In this document: piece after piece, positions 19,086-27,983 of the stretch | How the letters are laid out: each line of letters begins with the position of its first letter | How positions within the stretch are numbered: position 1 is the stretch's first letter | IMG/VR virus record: IMGVR_UViG_3300021962_000115 | Span: 1 to 59,930 of that record | Strand: one strand, 5' to 3' | Source: a virus | Taxonomy: Duplodnaviria > Caudoviricetes | DNA: 59,930 nucleotides | Position numbers and translations under genes: made by a program | Notes under the pieces: model-generated | Database searches by the model: none | What the model was told of the DNA's origin: nothing | Seen by the model: only the letters and a program-made list of their open reading frames with translations

Positions 19086-19475
19086 ATGGCTGTTAAAAAG
19101 ATTATTTCACCAAGAGAATCTAAACAAAAGTTTTACTCACCTGATGGTAAGTATAAAACAACTGTTAAGAAAAGGTATGATATGCCTGAAACAGCAAAAG
19201 AAACTAGAACTGTTAAAGGTGTTATTACTAGAGCTGCAAAACCTATAAAAGAAAGTGCTCCATTAATTAAAGATGAAGCTCCTTTAAGATATGCAAAAAA
19301 AGGTGGATGGATTCAGGGTGCTATTAAAAAACCAGGTGCTCTCAGAGAACAACTTGGTGTAAAGAAAGGTGAAAAGATTCCTAAAGCTAAATTAGAAGCA
19401 GCAGCTAAGAAAGGTGGTAAACTTGGTCAAAGAGCAAGACTTGCTATTACTCTTGGTAAAATGAAGAAAAAATAA
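19086..19475 (+). CDS. basic protein
   Basis: C-terminal WIQGAIKKPGALR..LGV..GEKIP..KL..AAK..GKLGQRARLA.TL module after YAKKGG. Confidence 0.65.
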   Translation: MAVKKIISPRESKQKFYSPDGKYKTTVKKRYDMPETAKETRTVKGVITRAAKPIKESAPLIKDEAPLRYAKKGGWIQGAIKKPGALREQLGVKKGEKIPKAKLEAAAKKGGKLGQRARLAITLGKMKKK

Positions 19476-19481
19476 TACTAG

Positions 19482-20180
19482 ATGTTAAATAGTACAATTG
19501 AAATAAAGATCAAGCAACGGCTAAACAAATTAGATAGCCAGGACTATGACAACATTGAATGTTGGCAAATAGTTGAGGCATTTAATAAAGCACAGGTTGA
19601 GTGGGCTAGAAGACAATTGCATGGAATTAACTTAGTTAAAGAAGGTGATGAGGGTTCTACCCGTAGAAAAGATGATCTTCAAGTACTATTAAGTACTACA
19701 GATCTAGATCTTACAGATAAAGAATACTACTACTTTGGTAAACTCCCTGAAGAATATTTACAGTGGAAACGTGTAGATGTTTATGCTAAAAAAGGGTGTT
19801 GTGATAAGAGAAGGATGACAGTTTATCTTGCACAAGAGGGTGACTTAAATCAACTTTTAAGAGATAAAGCTAAACAACCAAACTTTGATTGGGCAGAAAC
19901 ATTTGCTACTCTTATTGGAAATACTACTCATATTTATACCAACGGAGATTTTGAAGTACAAGCTGCTAATTTAGTATACTACAGACAACCTATTAAAATT
20001 CAAATAGATGGTTGTATTGATCCATATACAAGTGTAGCTTCAGTAGGAAATGTAGAATGTGAGTTTAAAGATGATATAATAGAATTAATAATTGATGAAG
20101 CAGTGAGTATCCTTGCAGGAGATATAGAATCAGGAAACCAATTCTCTAGAGGTACAGAGACTGCAGAACGTAACAACTAA
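19482..20180 (+). CDS. putative head-tail connector/ring protein
   Basis: 232 aa; N-terminal LNKLDS..FNKAQ and C-terminal YYRQP..CEF...IIELIIDEAV pattern of crAss-like ring proteins. Confidence 0.65.
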   Translation: MLNSTIEIKIKQRLNKLDSQDYDNIECWQIVEAFNKAQVEWARRQLHGINLVKEGDEGSTRRKDDLQVLLSTTDLDLTDKEYYYFGKLPEEYLQWKRVDVYAKKGCCDKRRMTVYLAQEGDLNQLLRDKAKQPNFDWAETFATLIGNTTHIYTNGDFEVQAANLVYYRQPIKIQIDGCIDPYTSVASVGNVECEFKDDIIELIIDEAVSILAGDIESGNQFSRGTETAERNN

Positions 20181-20182
20181 TT

Positions 20183-20701
20183 ATGGACACAAAAACAAGA
20201 GTACTAAAAAGAAATCCTGAACCTGCTAGAACAATTAGCAGACCTCAACCTGTTGTTACTCAACCAAAGAGTGAACCAGCTAAACCAGAACCAACTTCAG
20301 ATGCTGGAGTAGGTGGAAGCTCACTTGATACTATGACAGCAGCTTGTGCTACAGAGATGATGAATGCTGCAACTAGTTTTCATAGATTACATCTAAAAGT
20401 TACAGGGGATGGTTCATATTCTGCTCATAAGGCATTGGGAGAATTTTATGAAGCAATGCATGGTCATGCAGATACATTGGTAGAAGGTTATCAAGGTGTA
20501 TCAGAAAAACTTCTTAAGTATACTGACATGCCAATTAGAACTCTAGATGATACAGCAGATGCAGTAAGATATCTCAGAGATTTATATAATTCAGTTAACA
20601 AGCTCCAGGGTATGATGCCCTATTCAGAGATAGTAAATAATCTAGATCTTGTTAAAGACCTAATTAACTCAACTAAATACAAATTACTTTTCCTAAAATA
20701 A
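20183..20701 (+). CDS. ferritin/Dps-like four-helix protein (DUF5856-like) with Pro-rich N-terminal extension
   Basis: HRLHL......SAHKALGEFYE......DTLVEGYQG resembles the Dps ferroxidase motif; C-terminal TKYKLLFL. Confidence 0.7.
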   Translation: MDTKTRVLKRNPEPARTISRPQPVVTQPKSEPAKPEPTSDAGVGGSSLDTMTAACATEMMNAATSFHRLHLKVTGDGSYSAHKALGEFYEAMHGHADTLVEGYQGVSEKLLKYTDMPIRTLDDTADAVRYLRDLYNSVNKLQGMMPYSEIVNNLDLVKDLINSTKYKLLFLK

Positions 20702-20764
20702 TTTTGAAAGTTCAAAAACTTTCACTATATTATAGTATATATTTATTAATTAAACTTTATAAAA

Positions 20765-22048
20765 ATGGCTTATTTTAATCATGCTTTTCAAAAAAGCTTT
20801 TATGTATCTGAGTTATTAGACTATACTGGTGCTTTAGGTACTAATGGTCTTTTAACTACAGGTCAGTTATCTGCATTTAATGCAAAAACTTGGCAAGGTA
20901 TTGCTTGGGCAGATCTTGCTAATGATTGTTGTAATCTTGTAATTGCTAATGGTTCACTCTATCAAAATGATAAGATTGGTCCTTTCGCGGGTGGTTACTT
21001 GGAATCAAATAAATCAAAAGAGATCAATGCTAAGTATGTTTCTAGACTTTATTCTGTAACAGCTAATGGTCCTCAAGCAATGGTGGTAAACGTAGGTTCT
21101 ACTCCATTTACTGTTGCTGAAGGAACTGCAGGATGTTGCAAAGAATTTTTATGTGGTGAGACTTACTACTTACGTATTGATGTTAAAGGTTCTCCTGCAA
21201 TGAGATTCTTAGATCACAATGCATACCTTACTGTTGATGCTTACACTGGTTGTTGTCCTGATGGTGCTATTGCACCAGTTGCAGTTGACTCAACTGAAGT
21301 AATGATCAAGTGGGCAGATGCAATTGTTAACTCTCCATTGATTTCTCCATTTATCCTTCCAGTAGTTGTAGCTGAAGATTTATCTTTATGGTATGCTCCA
21401 GGTACTGACACTACAGGATACGTTGCTCCAGCAGGTTACACTATCGGTGGTACTTGGGATGAGTATGTATCTCCAGGACATACAGATGGTGAGTGTGCAG
21501 GTCTTGTACTTAATGGTGCATATGTAGATACTAAATTCTTAGATTGTACATTCCAAATCTCTGACTTCTATGAAAAAGAGCCTGTAAGAATCTATGCTTC
21601 TGAAGTAGATCTTAATGGTGATCCATGTGCATTTGATGGTATCTGTGTAGTTAATGAGTGTCTTGGTCTTCAAGTAAATGGTCTTGGTGAGTCAGTTGCT
21701 CGTGAGATGATCCTCTCTGAAAGTTACAGACAATCATTCTTTGCTACTGATCTCCGTATCCGTGAGATTACTCAAGGTAACCAAATCTTGGATGTTATTG
21801 ATAGAACAGAACTGTATGATGCTGTTTACTTACAACACAATGTTCCACGTTTCAATAACCCAACCGGTGTGTTTGATAATGATCAATACTTACTTGCATT
21901 CTATTCATTGAACAGTACTACTCTTGCTGCTGATTTATACAGTGCATTAAATACTTGGTTAGGTGCATGCGGTTCAACTTGTAACTCTGAAGAAATTTCT
22001 GCACAAACAGATTGTACAGCACTTGTTCCAATTGCTCCAGCAGCATAA
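20765..22048 (+). CDS. abundant structural protein (auxiliary capsid or tail component)
   Basis: Own promoter-like box and terminator, MCP-like codon bias, Cys-containing beta-rich sequence. Confidence 0.55.
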   Translation: MAYFNHAFQKSFYVSELLDYTGALGTNGLLTTGQLSAFNAKTWQGIAWADLANDCCNLVIANGSLYQNDKIGPFAGGYLESNKSKEINAKYVSRLYSVTANGPQAMVVNVGSTPFTVAEGTAGCCKEFLCGETYYLRIDVKGSPAMRFLDHNAYLTVDAYTGCCPDGAIAPVAVDSTEVMIKWADAIVNSPLISPFILPVVVAEDLSLWYAPGTDTTGYVAPAGYTIGGTWDEYVSPGHTDGECAGLVLNGAYVDTKFLDCTFQISDFYEKEPVRIYASEVDLNGDPCAFDGICVVNECLGLQVNGLGESVAREMILSESYRQSFFATDLRIREITQGNQILDVIDRTELYDAVYLQHNVPRFNNPTGVFDNDQYLLAFYSLNSTTLAADLYSALNTWLGACGSTCNSEEISAQTDCTALVPIAPAA

Positions 22049-22070
22049 TTAATTAAACATTAATAACTAG

Positions 22071-22108
22071 AAAGGGGAGAGAGAGCTTAGACTCCTCTTC
22101 CCTTTTTT
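22071..22108 (+). terminator. intrinsic terminator
   Basis: AAAGGGGAGAG...CTCTTCCCTTT stem followed by T-run. Confidence 0.8.
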
Positions 22109-22119
22109 ATTAAATTCTT

Positions 22120-22662
22120 ATGGCAAATCACGTATTAAGTTTAGAAGTTCCTACAGTAATGAACACCTGCATATTGACAGTAATGGATACTAGTCAATAT
22201 ACAGATCTTATTCCTGTAGTATGTGAGCAGTTAAATATTACTGTTCCTGGATTTCAGTATTCTGTACAGCTAGATGTTAGTGCAGGGTTTATCCAAAACA
22301 TCACAGCATGTGATCTTAATTTACAGACAGAAAACTGCGGAACAGAATATGTAGATATCCCAGATGGAATTTATATTATCAAATACAGTGTTTCTCCTAA
22401 TGATGTAGTATATGTAGAATACAATCATATGAGAATCACTAAAGCATTAAACAGATACTACAATATTCTTTGTAGATTAGATATGGCAGACTGTGATCCG
22501 CCATTTAAGATTAAACAAAAACTTGAACAACTTAATCTTATCAAAATGTATTTAGAGGCTGCTAAGTCTAAAGTAGAGTTTTGTCATGAACCTCAGAAAG
22601 GAATGACACTCTATAATTATGCTTGGAAGCTACTTAATAAAATGGATTGTATTAATTGTTAA
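22120..22662 (+). CDS. hypothetical structural protein
   Basis: 180 aa; Ig-like N-terminal part (IPDGIYIIKYSV) and helical C-terminus with Cys residues. Confidence 0.55.
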   Translation: MANHVLSLEVPTVMNTCILTVMDTSQYTDLIPVVCEQLNITVPGFQYSVQLDVSAGFIQNITACDLNLQTENCGTEYVDIPDGIYIIKYSVSPNDVVYVEYNHMRITKALNRYYNILCRLDMADCDPPFKIKQKLEQLNLIKMYLEAAKSKVEFCHEPQKGMTLYNYAWKLLNKMDCINC

Positions 22663-22681
22663 ATTCTAAAAACCAACAGCT

Positions 22682-22822
22682 ATGGCAATGTGCTCAAATT
22701 GTAAATCAAATCTTTCTTGTGGATGTCAGAAGAGAACAGCATCAGACGGAAAGTCAGTATGTACAAAATGTCAAACCTCTTATGAGGCAAAATTAAAACA
22801 AAGGAATACATTAACTAAGTAA
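22682..22822 (+). CDS. small Cys-rich zinc-finger-like protein (46 aa), not in ORF track
   Basis: MAMCSNCKSNLSCGCQKRTASDGKSVCTKCQTSY...; preceded by AAACCAACAG leader; stop 1 nt before next ATG. Confidence 0.75.
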   Translation: MAMCSNCKSNLSCGCQKRTASDGKSVCTKCQTSYEAKLKQRNTLTK

Positions 22823-22823
22823 T

Positions 22824-24707
22824 ATGTCTTTTTCTACAGCTTATTTTTCATTTGAACCTTGTTGCGGTGGTACAACATTGTATTTTGCTTTTGATGGTGA
22901 TGTAGTTGTTGAACCATCACAAGGTATCAATATATATGAAGGATCAGCTGTATTTGGTTATGACCCTATTACTGGAACATACCTTCCTTTATCAAATCAA
23001 TGTTATAAGTTAGTAAGGGGAACTGCAGGTGATGGTGGACCAATTACGGGACCTATATATGGTAGCTTACCTATGGTTCCTTCTAATACACCTAGTAACT
23101 ATACTTTTGACAGTACAACTAATTATGAGACTCCTTGTGGAGGACAAGATCCTTCTTTTGAGTGTCCTACTTGTGCCCCAGCATGTTATACTATTTATTC
23201 ATGTACAGGACAATATCCACCTCTTTCAGTATCTACTGATCTATCAGCTTATGTAAATGGCTATGCTAGCATTCAAGTTGATGCTGATTTTGGGTACTTC
23301 TGCTTCTATGTAGTAGCTTCTTCAGATTGTACTAATGCAATTGAAGTTATAGTAGATACAGAAAATCCTTGCTCATGTGACTGTGTATGCTATGAAATAC
23401 CAGAAGGCACAGCAAAACTCAGTTATATTGACTGTGATGGCAATGAAGTAAATGAACTAGTAACTGGTTATTGGAAAAATTGTTCTAAAGTATATCCGTA
23501 TACATCTCCAATGTTACAAGTTGTAACTAGTGGAGATTGTATTGATGGTCAGTGTCCAACAGAATGCTATGAACTTGTAGACTGTGAAGGGATAAGAGAT
23601 CATATTTATACTACTGCTCAATCATTATCACCAATGGCAACATTGGGTCAAACTGTTGTCATACAGGGATACGATAACTGTTGGACAGTTAGTGAAGTAG
23701 TTTCATGTGATTGTGCTATTGATGTAGTAGTTCTCCAGGTATATGATGACTGTGCTACATGTAAACCAAATCCAAACTACAAACTCACTAATTGTGATGA
23801 CTCAGGTACAATAGCTTATACTTCATCTGATCTCAGTGCTTATGTAGGACAAGTAATCCAAAGAGAACCTGATTGTCCTGGATGCTGGATTGTTGAAGAA
23901 GTAAATGGTCCTATTCCATCTGACACAGCTGTAATAGTTTCAGAAGCATTTGATGATTGTGAAGCTTGTAAATCTGTTTACTATTCACTTACAGATTGTA
24001 CAGGAACAGAAACAACAATAATTACTAACACAGATTTATCAGATTACATAGGTCAAGTAATTATTCTTGAATGGTGTCCTACTACTTGTTGGACAGTTGC
24101 TGTTTCACAAACAAGTGCTGGTTCTGGAATCCTTGGAGATATTTCAGGTGTATTCCAAGCATGTGTAGATTGTTTAGTAAGTTTTCCATGTGTATGCAAA
24201 AGAATTAAAAATCATGATACAGTTGATCATGATTATAATTATGTAGACTGCACTGGGACAGTGCAAACTATAACAATCCCAGCAGGAGTAAGGTCTGAAA
24301 GAATATGTATGGGTGTACTACTTACATCATATTCTACAGATTATGTAGAAACATTTGGAGATTGTATTGATGGAGAATGTCCTCCTCCTGTATATCCAAG
24401 AAGATCTTTAAGACCAGGGTATAATACTCCACACTGTACTACTTGGAAATATGAAGAGATATCTTGTAAAGCAGCAGAAGCACTTTACAAACAAGTTCTT
24501 GAACTTAGATATGGAATTACTAATTGTTGCCCTGAAGAAGATCAGGAGTATTTAATTAAAAAACAACTTATAGACTTAAAAGCTCTAGTCAATCCAGACT
24601 ATACTTGTGCTACTCCATCATGTGGTTGTAATACAGGATGTAACTGTGGAGGATCTTGTGGTGGTAACTGTGGTTGCAGTAGTACAGGTAGAACTTGTCA
24701 GTCTTAA
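22824..24707 (+). CDS. Cys-rich repeat protein, probably a virion surface protein
   Basis: About 54 Cys in 627 aa (hand count); four Y.L.DC......T..DLS.Y.GQV...CW.V..DC..C-type repeats; Cys/Gly-rich tail. Confidence 0.65.
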   Translation: MSFSTAYFSFEPCCGGTTLYFAFDGDVVVEPSQGINIYEGSAVFGYDPITGTYLPLSNQCYKLVRGTAGDGGPITGPIYGSLPMVPSNTPSNYTFDSTTNYETPCGGQDPSFECPTCAPACYTIYSCTGQYPPLSVSTDLSAYVNGYASIQVDADFGYFCFYVVASSDCTNAIEVIVDTENPCSCDCVCYEIPEGTAKLSYIDCDGNEVNELVTGYWKNCSKVYPYTSPMLQVVTSGDCIDGQCPTECYELVDCEGIRDHIYTTAQSLSPMATLGQTVVIQGYDNCWTVSEVVSCDCAIDVVVLQVYDDCATCKPNPNYKLTNCDDSGTIAYTSSDLSAYVGQVIQREPDCPGCWIVEEVNGPIPSDTAVIVSEAFDDCEACKSVYYSLTDCTGTETTIITNTDLSDYIGQVIILEWCPTTCWTVAVSQTSAGSGILGDISGVFQACVDCLVSFPCVCKRIKNHDTVDHDYNYVDCTGTVQTITIPAGVRSERICMGVLLTSYSTDYVETFGDCIDGECPPPVYPRRSLRPGYNTPHCTTWKYEEISCKAAEALYKQVLELRYGITNCCPEEDQEYLIKKQLIDLKALVNPDYTCATPSCGCNTGCNCGGSCGGNCGCSSTGRTCQS

Positions 24708-24740
24708 TTAATTTTTGTATATTATATTAATAGAAGAAAT

Positions 24741-26375
24741 ATGAAGCCACTAAACTATGATAACTCACCATGTAGCCCAATTTCAAGTAATTGTGTAATT
24801 TGGCAAGGACCAGATATTCCTTGTATTAAATTGTGTGCTGGTGATACTGTATCAGATGTTGTATTTAAACTTGCAACAGAACTATGTACTGTGTTAGATA
24901 CACTTAATGTAACTAACTATGATCTTTCATGTTTCAATCTAACTGCTTGTGGACCAAATGATTTTCAAGCACTTATCCAATTTTTGATTGAACAGATTTG
25001 TGCATTACAAAATCCAACAACTACAACTAATACTCTAAGTTCAACAAGTGCAGATACACTAGTAACAGTAGCCTCTTGTTTTGTAGTTGGTGGTGTAACA
25101 GTTATGACTGTTGCAGAATATGCTCAAGCAATTGGTACTAAAGTATGTTCATTAGTGTCTGAGATAGCAGCAATTCAAGCAAGCATAACAAACCTTGACG
25201 TAAGAGTAACAGCCCTAGAATCTGCTCCAGCACCAACGTTTACACTTCCTTCTATTCCTGTAGACTGTACACTTAGTGGTACAATTGTATCTCCAGGATC
25301 ATATCAAATTGATCAAGTACTGAACGCTCTTATAAATGATAGTACATATGGATACTGTGCTCTAAAGTCTGCAACTGGAGAACCAGCAGATATTTCAGCA
25401 GCAGTACTATCACAGTGTATAGCAGATGCAGATCTATCACTTACATATGGCACACAGTTCTCTATTGCATATGCTGGCTCATGGGTTACATCAGGTAGTC
25501 TTACTACTGCTGCAGATGCAATTAACAACTTATGGGTAGCAGTTTGTGATATCTATAATTATGTTAGTACATTCTCAATTAGTGTAGATAATACTGCTAC
25601 AATTAATCTTGACAATACAGGAAATGTTATTACTGCAAATATCACAGATACAGGTTGGGTAGATCTTGAAGGTTTTACTTTCTACTCAGGAGTAGCAAAA
25701 CCGCAGTGTAGAAGAATTGGAAACCAAATTCACTTTAGAGGTACTGTGTATGTACCACTAGAGAATCCATCTTCTCCTGGTTCTGTAGTTACTCTATCAT
25801 CAACTTCTGCGTATAATTCAGTAGCTGGATGTACAACATGGAGTGGTGTAGGTGGATGTTCAATTAATGCTAACGGAGCTATATCATTTAATAATGGTGG
25901 TTCTGTAATTCCAGCATCTGTAACAGCTGGGAATCTAGATAACACATATTCAAAAGCTTGGGACGTTGCTCTTAGAGCTATTGATATTGATACAGAGTAT
26001 GGAACTTGTTTAACTTCTGCTATCAGAGCTTCAATAACTTCTACTAAAGGATTAACTGTACAACTTGTTCATGATATTGAAATTACTACAACAAGAGGCT
26101 CTGGTATTCAAGGTAACTCTCCATTGAGACTTGTTACTAGTAATGTAAGAGTTGGAGAATACCTACCTAACTATTTAGGTACAGGAACAGATATACATAA
26201 TGCTCCTTCAAACGCAACTTTTCCACTACAATCAGATACATTTAATCTTACATGGCCATTTAGTTGTGATGCAGGAGATGAGAATGAAATAGGTGGATTT
26301 AACTTTAATCTTGATGGATTAGTAGCTTATGTAGATCCATGTAATACAGAAACTGGTTTTTCAGCAACATGTTAA
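24741..26375 (+). CDS. putative tail fibre/spike protein with Cys-rich N-terminus
   Basis: Short coiled coil (IAAIQASITNLDVRVTALE) and DTGWVDL..PQCRRIGNQIHFRG fibre-tip-like motif. Confidence 0.6.
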   Translation: MKPLNYDNSPCSPISSNCVIWQGPDIPCIKLCAGDTVSDVVFKLATELCTVLDTLNVTNYDLSCFNLTACGPNDFQALIQFLIEQICALQNPTTTTNTLSSTSADTLVTVASCFVVGGVTVMTVAEYAQAIGTKVCSLVSEIAAIQASITNLDVRVTALESAPAPTFTLPSIPVDCTLSGTIVSPGSYQIDQVLNALINDSTYGYCALKSATGEPADISAAVLSQCIADADLSLTYGTQFSIAYAGSWVTSGSLTTAADAINNLWVAVCDIYNYVSTFSISVDNTATINLDNTGNVITANITDTGWVDLEGFTFYSGVAKPQCRRIGNQIHFRGTVYVPLENPSSPGSVVTLSSTSAYNSVAGCTTWSGVGGCSINANGAISFNNGGSVIPASVTAGNLDNTYSKAWDVALRAIDIDTEYGTCLTSAIRASITSTKGLTVQLVHDIEITTTRGSGIQGNSPLRLVTSNVRVGEYLPNYLGTGTDIHNAPSNATFPLQSDTFNLTWPFSCDAGDENEIGGFNFNLDGLVAYVDPCNTETGFSATC

Positions 26376-26386
26376 TAATATAAAAA

Positions 26387-26623
26387 ATGGCAACAACAAA
26401 ATGTTCTAATTGTGGATGTGAGGATAGTTTCTTAACTAGTCCAGCACCATGCCCTACACCGGCAGGATGTCCAACTCCTGAACCGTGTTATACAGTTACT
26501 GATTCTCAGTGTACAATCTATACTGGACCAGACATTATGTGTGGAACAGATGTGATTGTTGCAACTAATACTAATGTCAATGATGCTCTACAAGCTATAG
26601 CAGCATATTTTTGTCAACTATAA
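26387..26623 (+). CDS. small Cys-rich protein
   Basis: 78 aa; shares the C..C.I..GPDI.C module with the N-terminus of 24741. Confidence 0.7.
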   Translation: MATTKCSNCGCEDSFLTSPAPCPTPAGCPTPEPCYTVTDSQCTIYTGPDIMCGTDVIVATNTNVNDALQAIAAYFCQL

Positions 26624-26626
26624 GAG

Positions 26627-26657
26627 GTTACAGTTTGTTGGTTTCTGTGACAACAAA
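26627..26657 (+). ncRNA. candidate structured RNA element/sRNA with loop antisense to the AAACCAACAAA leader motif
   Basis: GTTACAG-[TTTGTTGGTTT]-CTGTGAC hairpin immediately 5' of a terminator; function inferred. Confidence 0.4.
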
Positions 26658-26658
26658 G

Positions 26659-26691
26659 GCAAAGCCCCTGCACTCGCGGGGGTTTTGTTTT
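26659..26691 (+). terminator. intrinsic terminator
   Basis: GCAAAGCCCCTGC-actc-GCGGGGGTTTTGT stem with T-rich tail. Confidence 0.85.
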
Positions 26692-26696
26692 ATTAC

Positions 26697-26731
26697 TATA
26701 TTTGCTAAAGTGCATAATTTTTAGTATATTA
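26697..26731 (+). promoter_or_regulatory. tandem promoter boxes (TATATTTG at 26697; GTATATTA at 26724)
   Basis: Host-type TAnnTTTG plus the recurrent phage box upstream of ATG 26743. Confidence 0.55.
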
Positions 26732-26742
26732 ACTTATATGGT

Positions 26743-27324
26743 ATGAAAGAATTTAAGAGTCCGGACTTGACAGCCCCAAGATATAGGCCTAAAGTACATA
26801 CTATGTTGAACAAAGAGTTCTTTGATAGTTTTAGAAAGAAGTATCCAAGATACAAAGATCAAGAGAATGATCAGTTAAAGAAAATAATTAGATCCTTTAA
26901 CAACACTCTCTGGAACAAAGTAATTGATACAAGAGATGGGATGCAACTTCCTAACTCAGTTGGTTGGCTATTTATTGGAACATGTGACAATAGTAAGAAA
27001 GAGAATATTGACTATGCAAAGTCCAAAAAGTATGGAGTTAAAGTAACCAATAAAAACTGGGAAACAGATGGCAAACTTGCAAAGATCTTTTTTACAAGCT
27101 TTGCTCTCAAACATAAGATGAAGAATAGAGAACTATGGAAGTTTGTAGCAAATAGAGATTTTAAAAGAGCAGTTGCAAAATCATACCCTGTAAATTGGAA
27201 TACATATATTGTAGTTGATCCTACAAAAAAACTAAGACTAGAAAGTAGAAAACAATATTATAAAGGTGTTCTTTTAAAACAACAAACTGCTGGTTTAAAA
27301 GACTATAATGAATTTGATCTATGA
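26743..27324 (+). CDS. HU/IHF-like protein heading the tail module
   Basis: Helical N-terminus then GMQLPNSVGWLFI; an IHF-like gene precedes tail ring genes in crAss-like phages. Confidence 0.5.
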   Translation: MKEFKSPDLTAPRYRPKVHTMLNKEFFDSFRKKYPRYKDQENDQLKKIIRSFNNTLWNKVIDTRDGMQLPNSVGWLFIGTCDNSKKENIDYAKSKKYGVKVTNKNWETDGKLAKIFFTSFALKHKMKNRELWKFVANRDFKRAVAKSYPVNWNTYIVVDPTKKLRLESRKQYYKGVLLKQQTAGLKDYNEFDL

Positions 27325-27983
27325 CCACAATTGGAGAAGCAATCTCAAGAGTAAGAAATACTCTAAAAGCTGTAAAGGAAGATCCATTCTTAACAGATAG
27401 AACAATTTACTTTCTATTAACTAAGTATGGACAGACTCTTCTTAAAAGAGAAGATAACCAATTTAGACTTATGAAAATAAGCTCTATATTTCAAGTACTA
27501 CCCTATATTGAACTAATTGATGTAGATAAAGTAGAGGCTGGATGTGTTGGTGTATACTCAGGTTGCTACTTCAAAAGATCAAAAGAAAAACTACCAACTA
27601 TACTTGATGGTATCTTTGGACCAATTATACGTACTGTATCTTCAATTGATGGAAGCATAGAAATGTTTAGAACAGATCCCGGCACATGGGTATCTATGAC
27701 TAAGACCACTACATTTAAATACAATAAAAATAAATACTTCTGGTACCTTAACGGTTATTTATATGCTCCTAATGTAGATTGGGAAGCTGTAAGAATGGAA
27801 GCTATTTTTGAAGGGCAGGCAGATACATGTACTACAGATGACTGTCTTGTAAAACAAGATCAACCATTACCATTTCCAGAATACTTATTTTCTGAAATTG
27901 AACAGTATGTGGTAAAAGAATTAACCATATCAATGCAGGTTCCCCAAGATCCTTCAGATGATAGTCAAAATATACTTAGATAA
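27321..27983 (+). CDS. putative tail ring/tubular protein
   Basis: 220 aa; YFWYLNGYLY and C-terminal FP..L..IEQYV pattern; syntenic with crAss-like ring genes. Confidence 0.6.
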   Translation: MTTIGEAISRVRNTLKAVKEDPFLTDRTIYFLLTKYGQTLLKREDNQFRLMKISSIFQVLPYIELIDVDKVEAGCVGVYSGCYFKRSKEKLPTILDGIFGPIIRTVSSIDGSIEMFRTDPGTWVSMTKTTTFKYNKNKYFWYLNGYLYAPNVDWEAVRMEAIFEGQADTCTTDDCLVKQDQPLPFPEYLFSEIEQYVVKELTISMQVPQDPSDDSQNILR

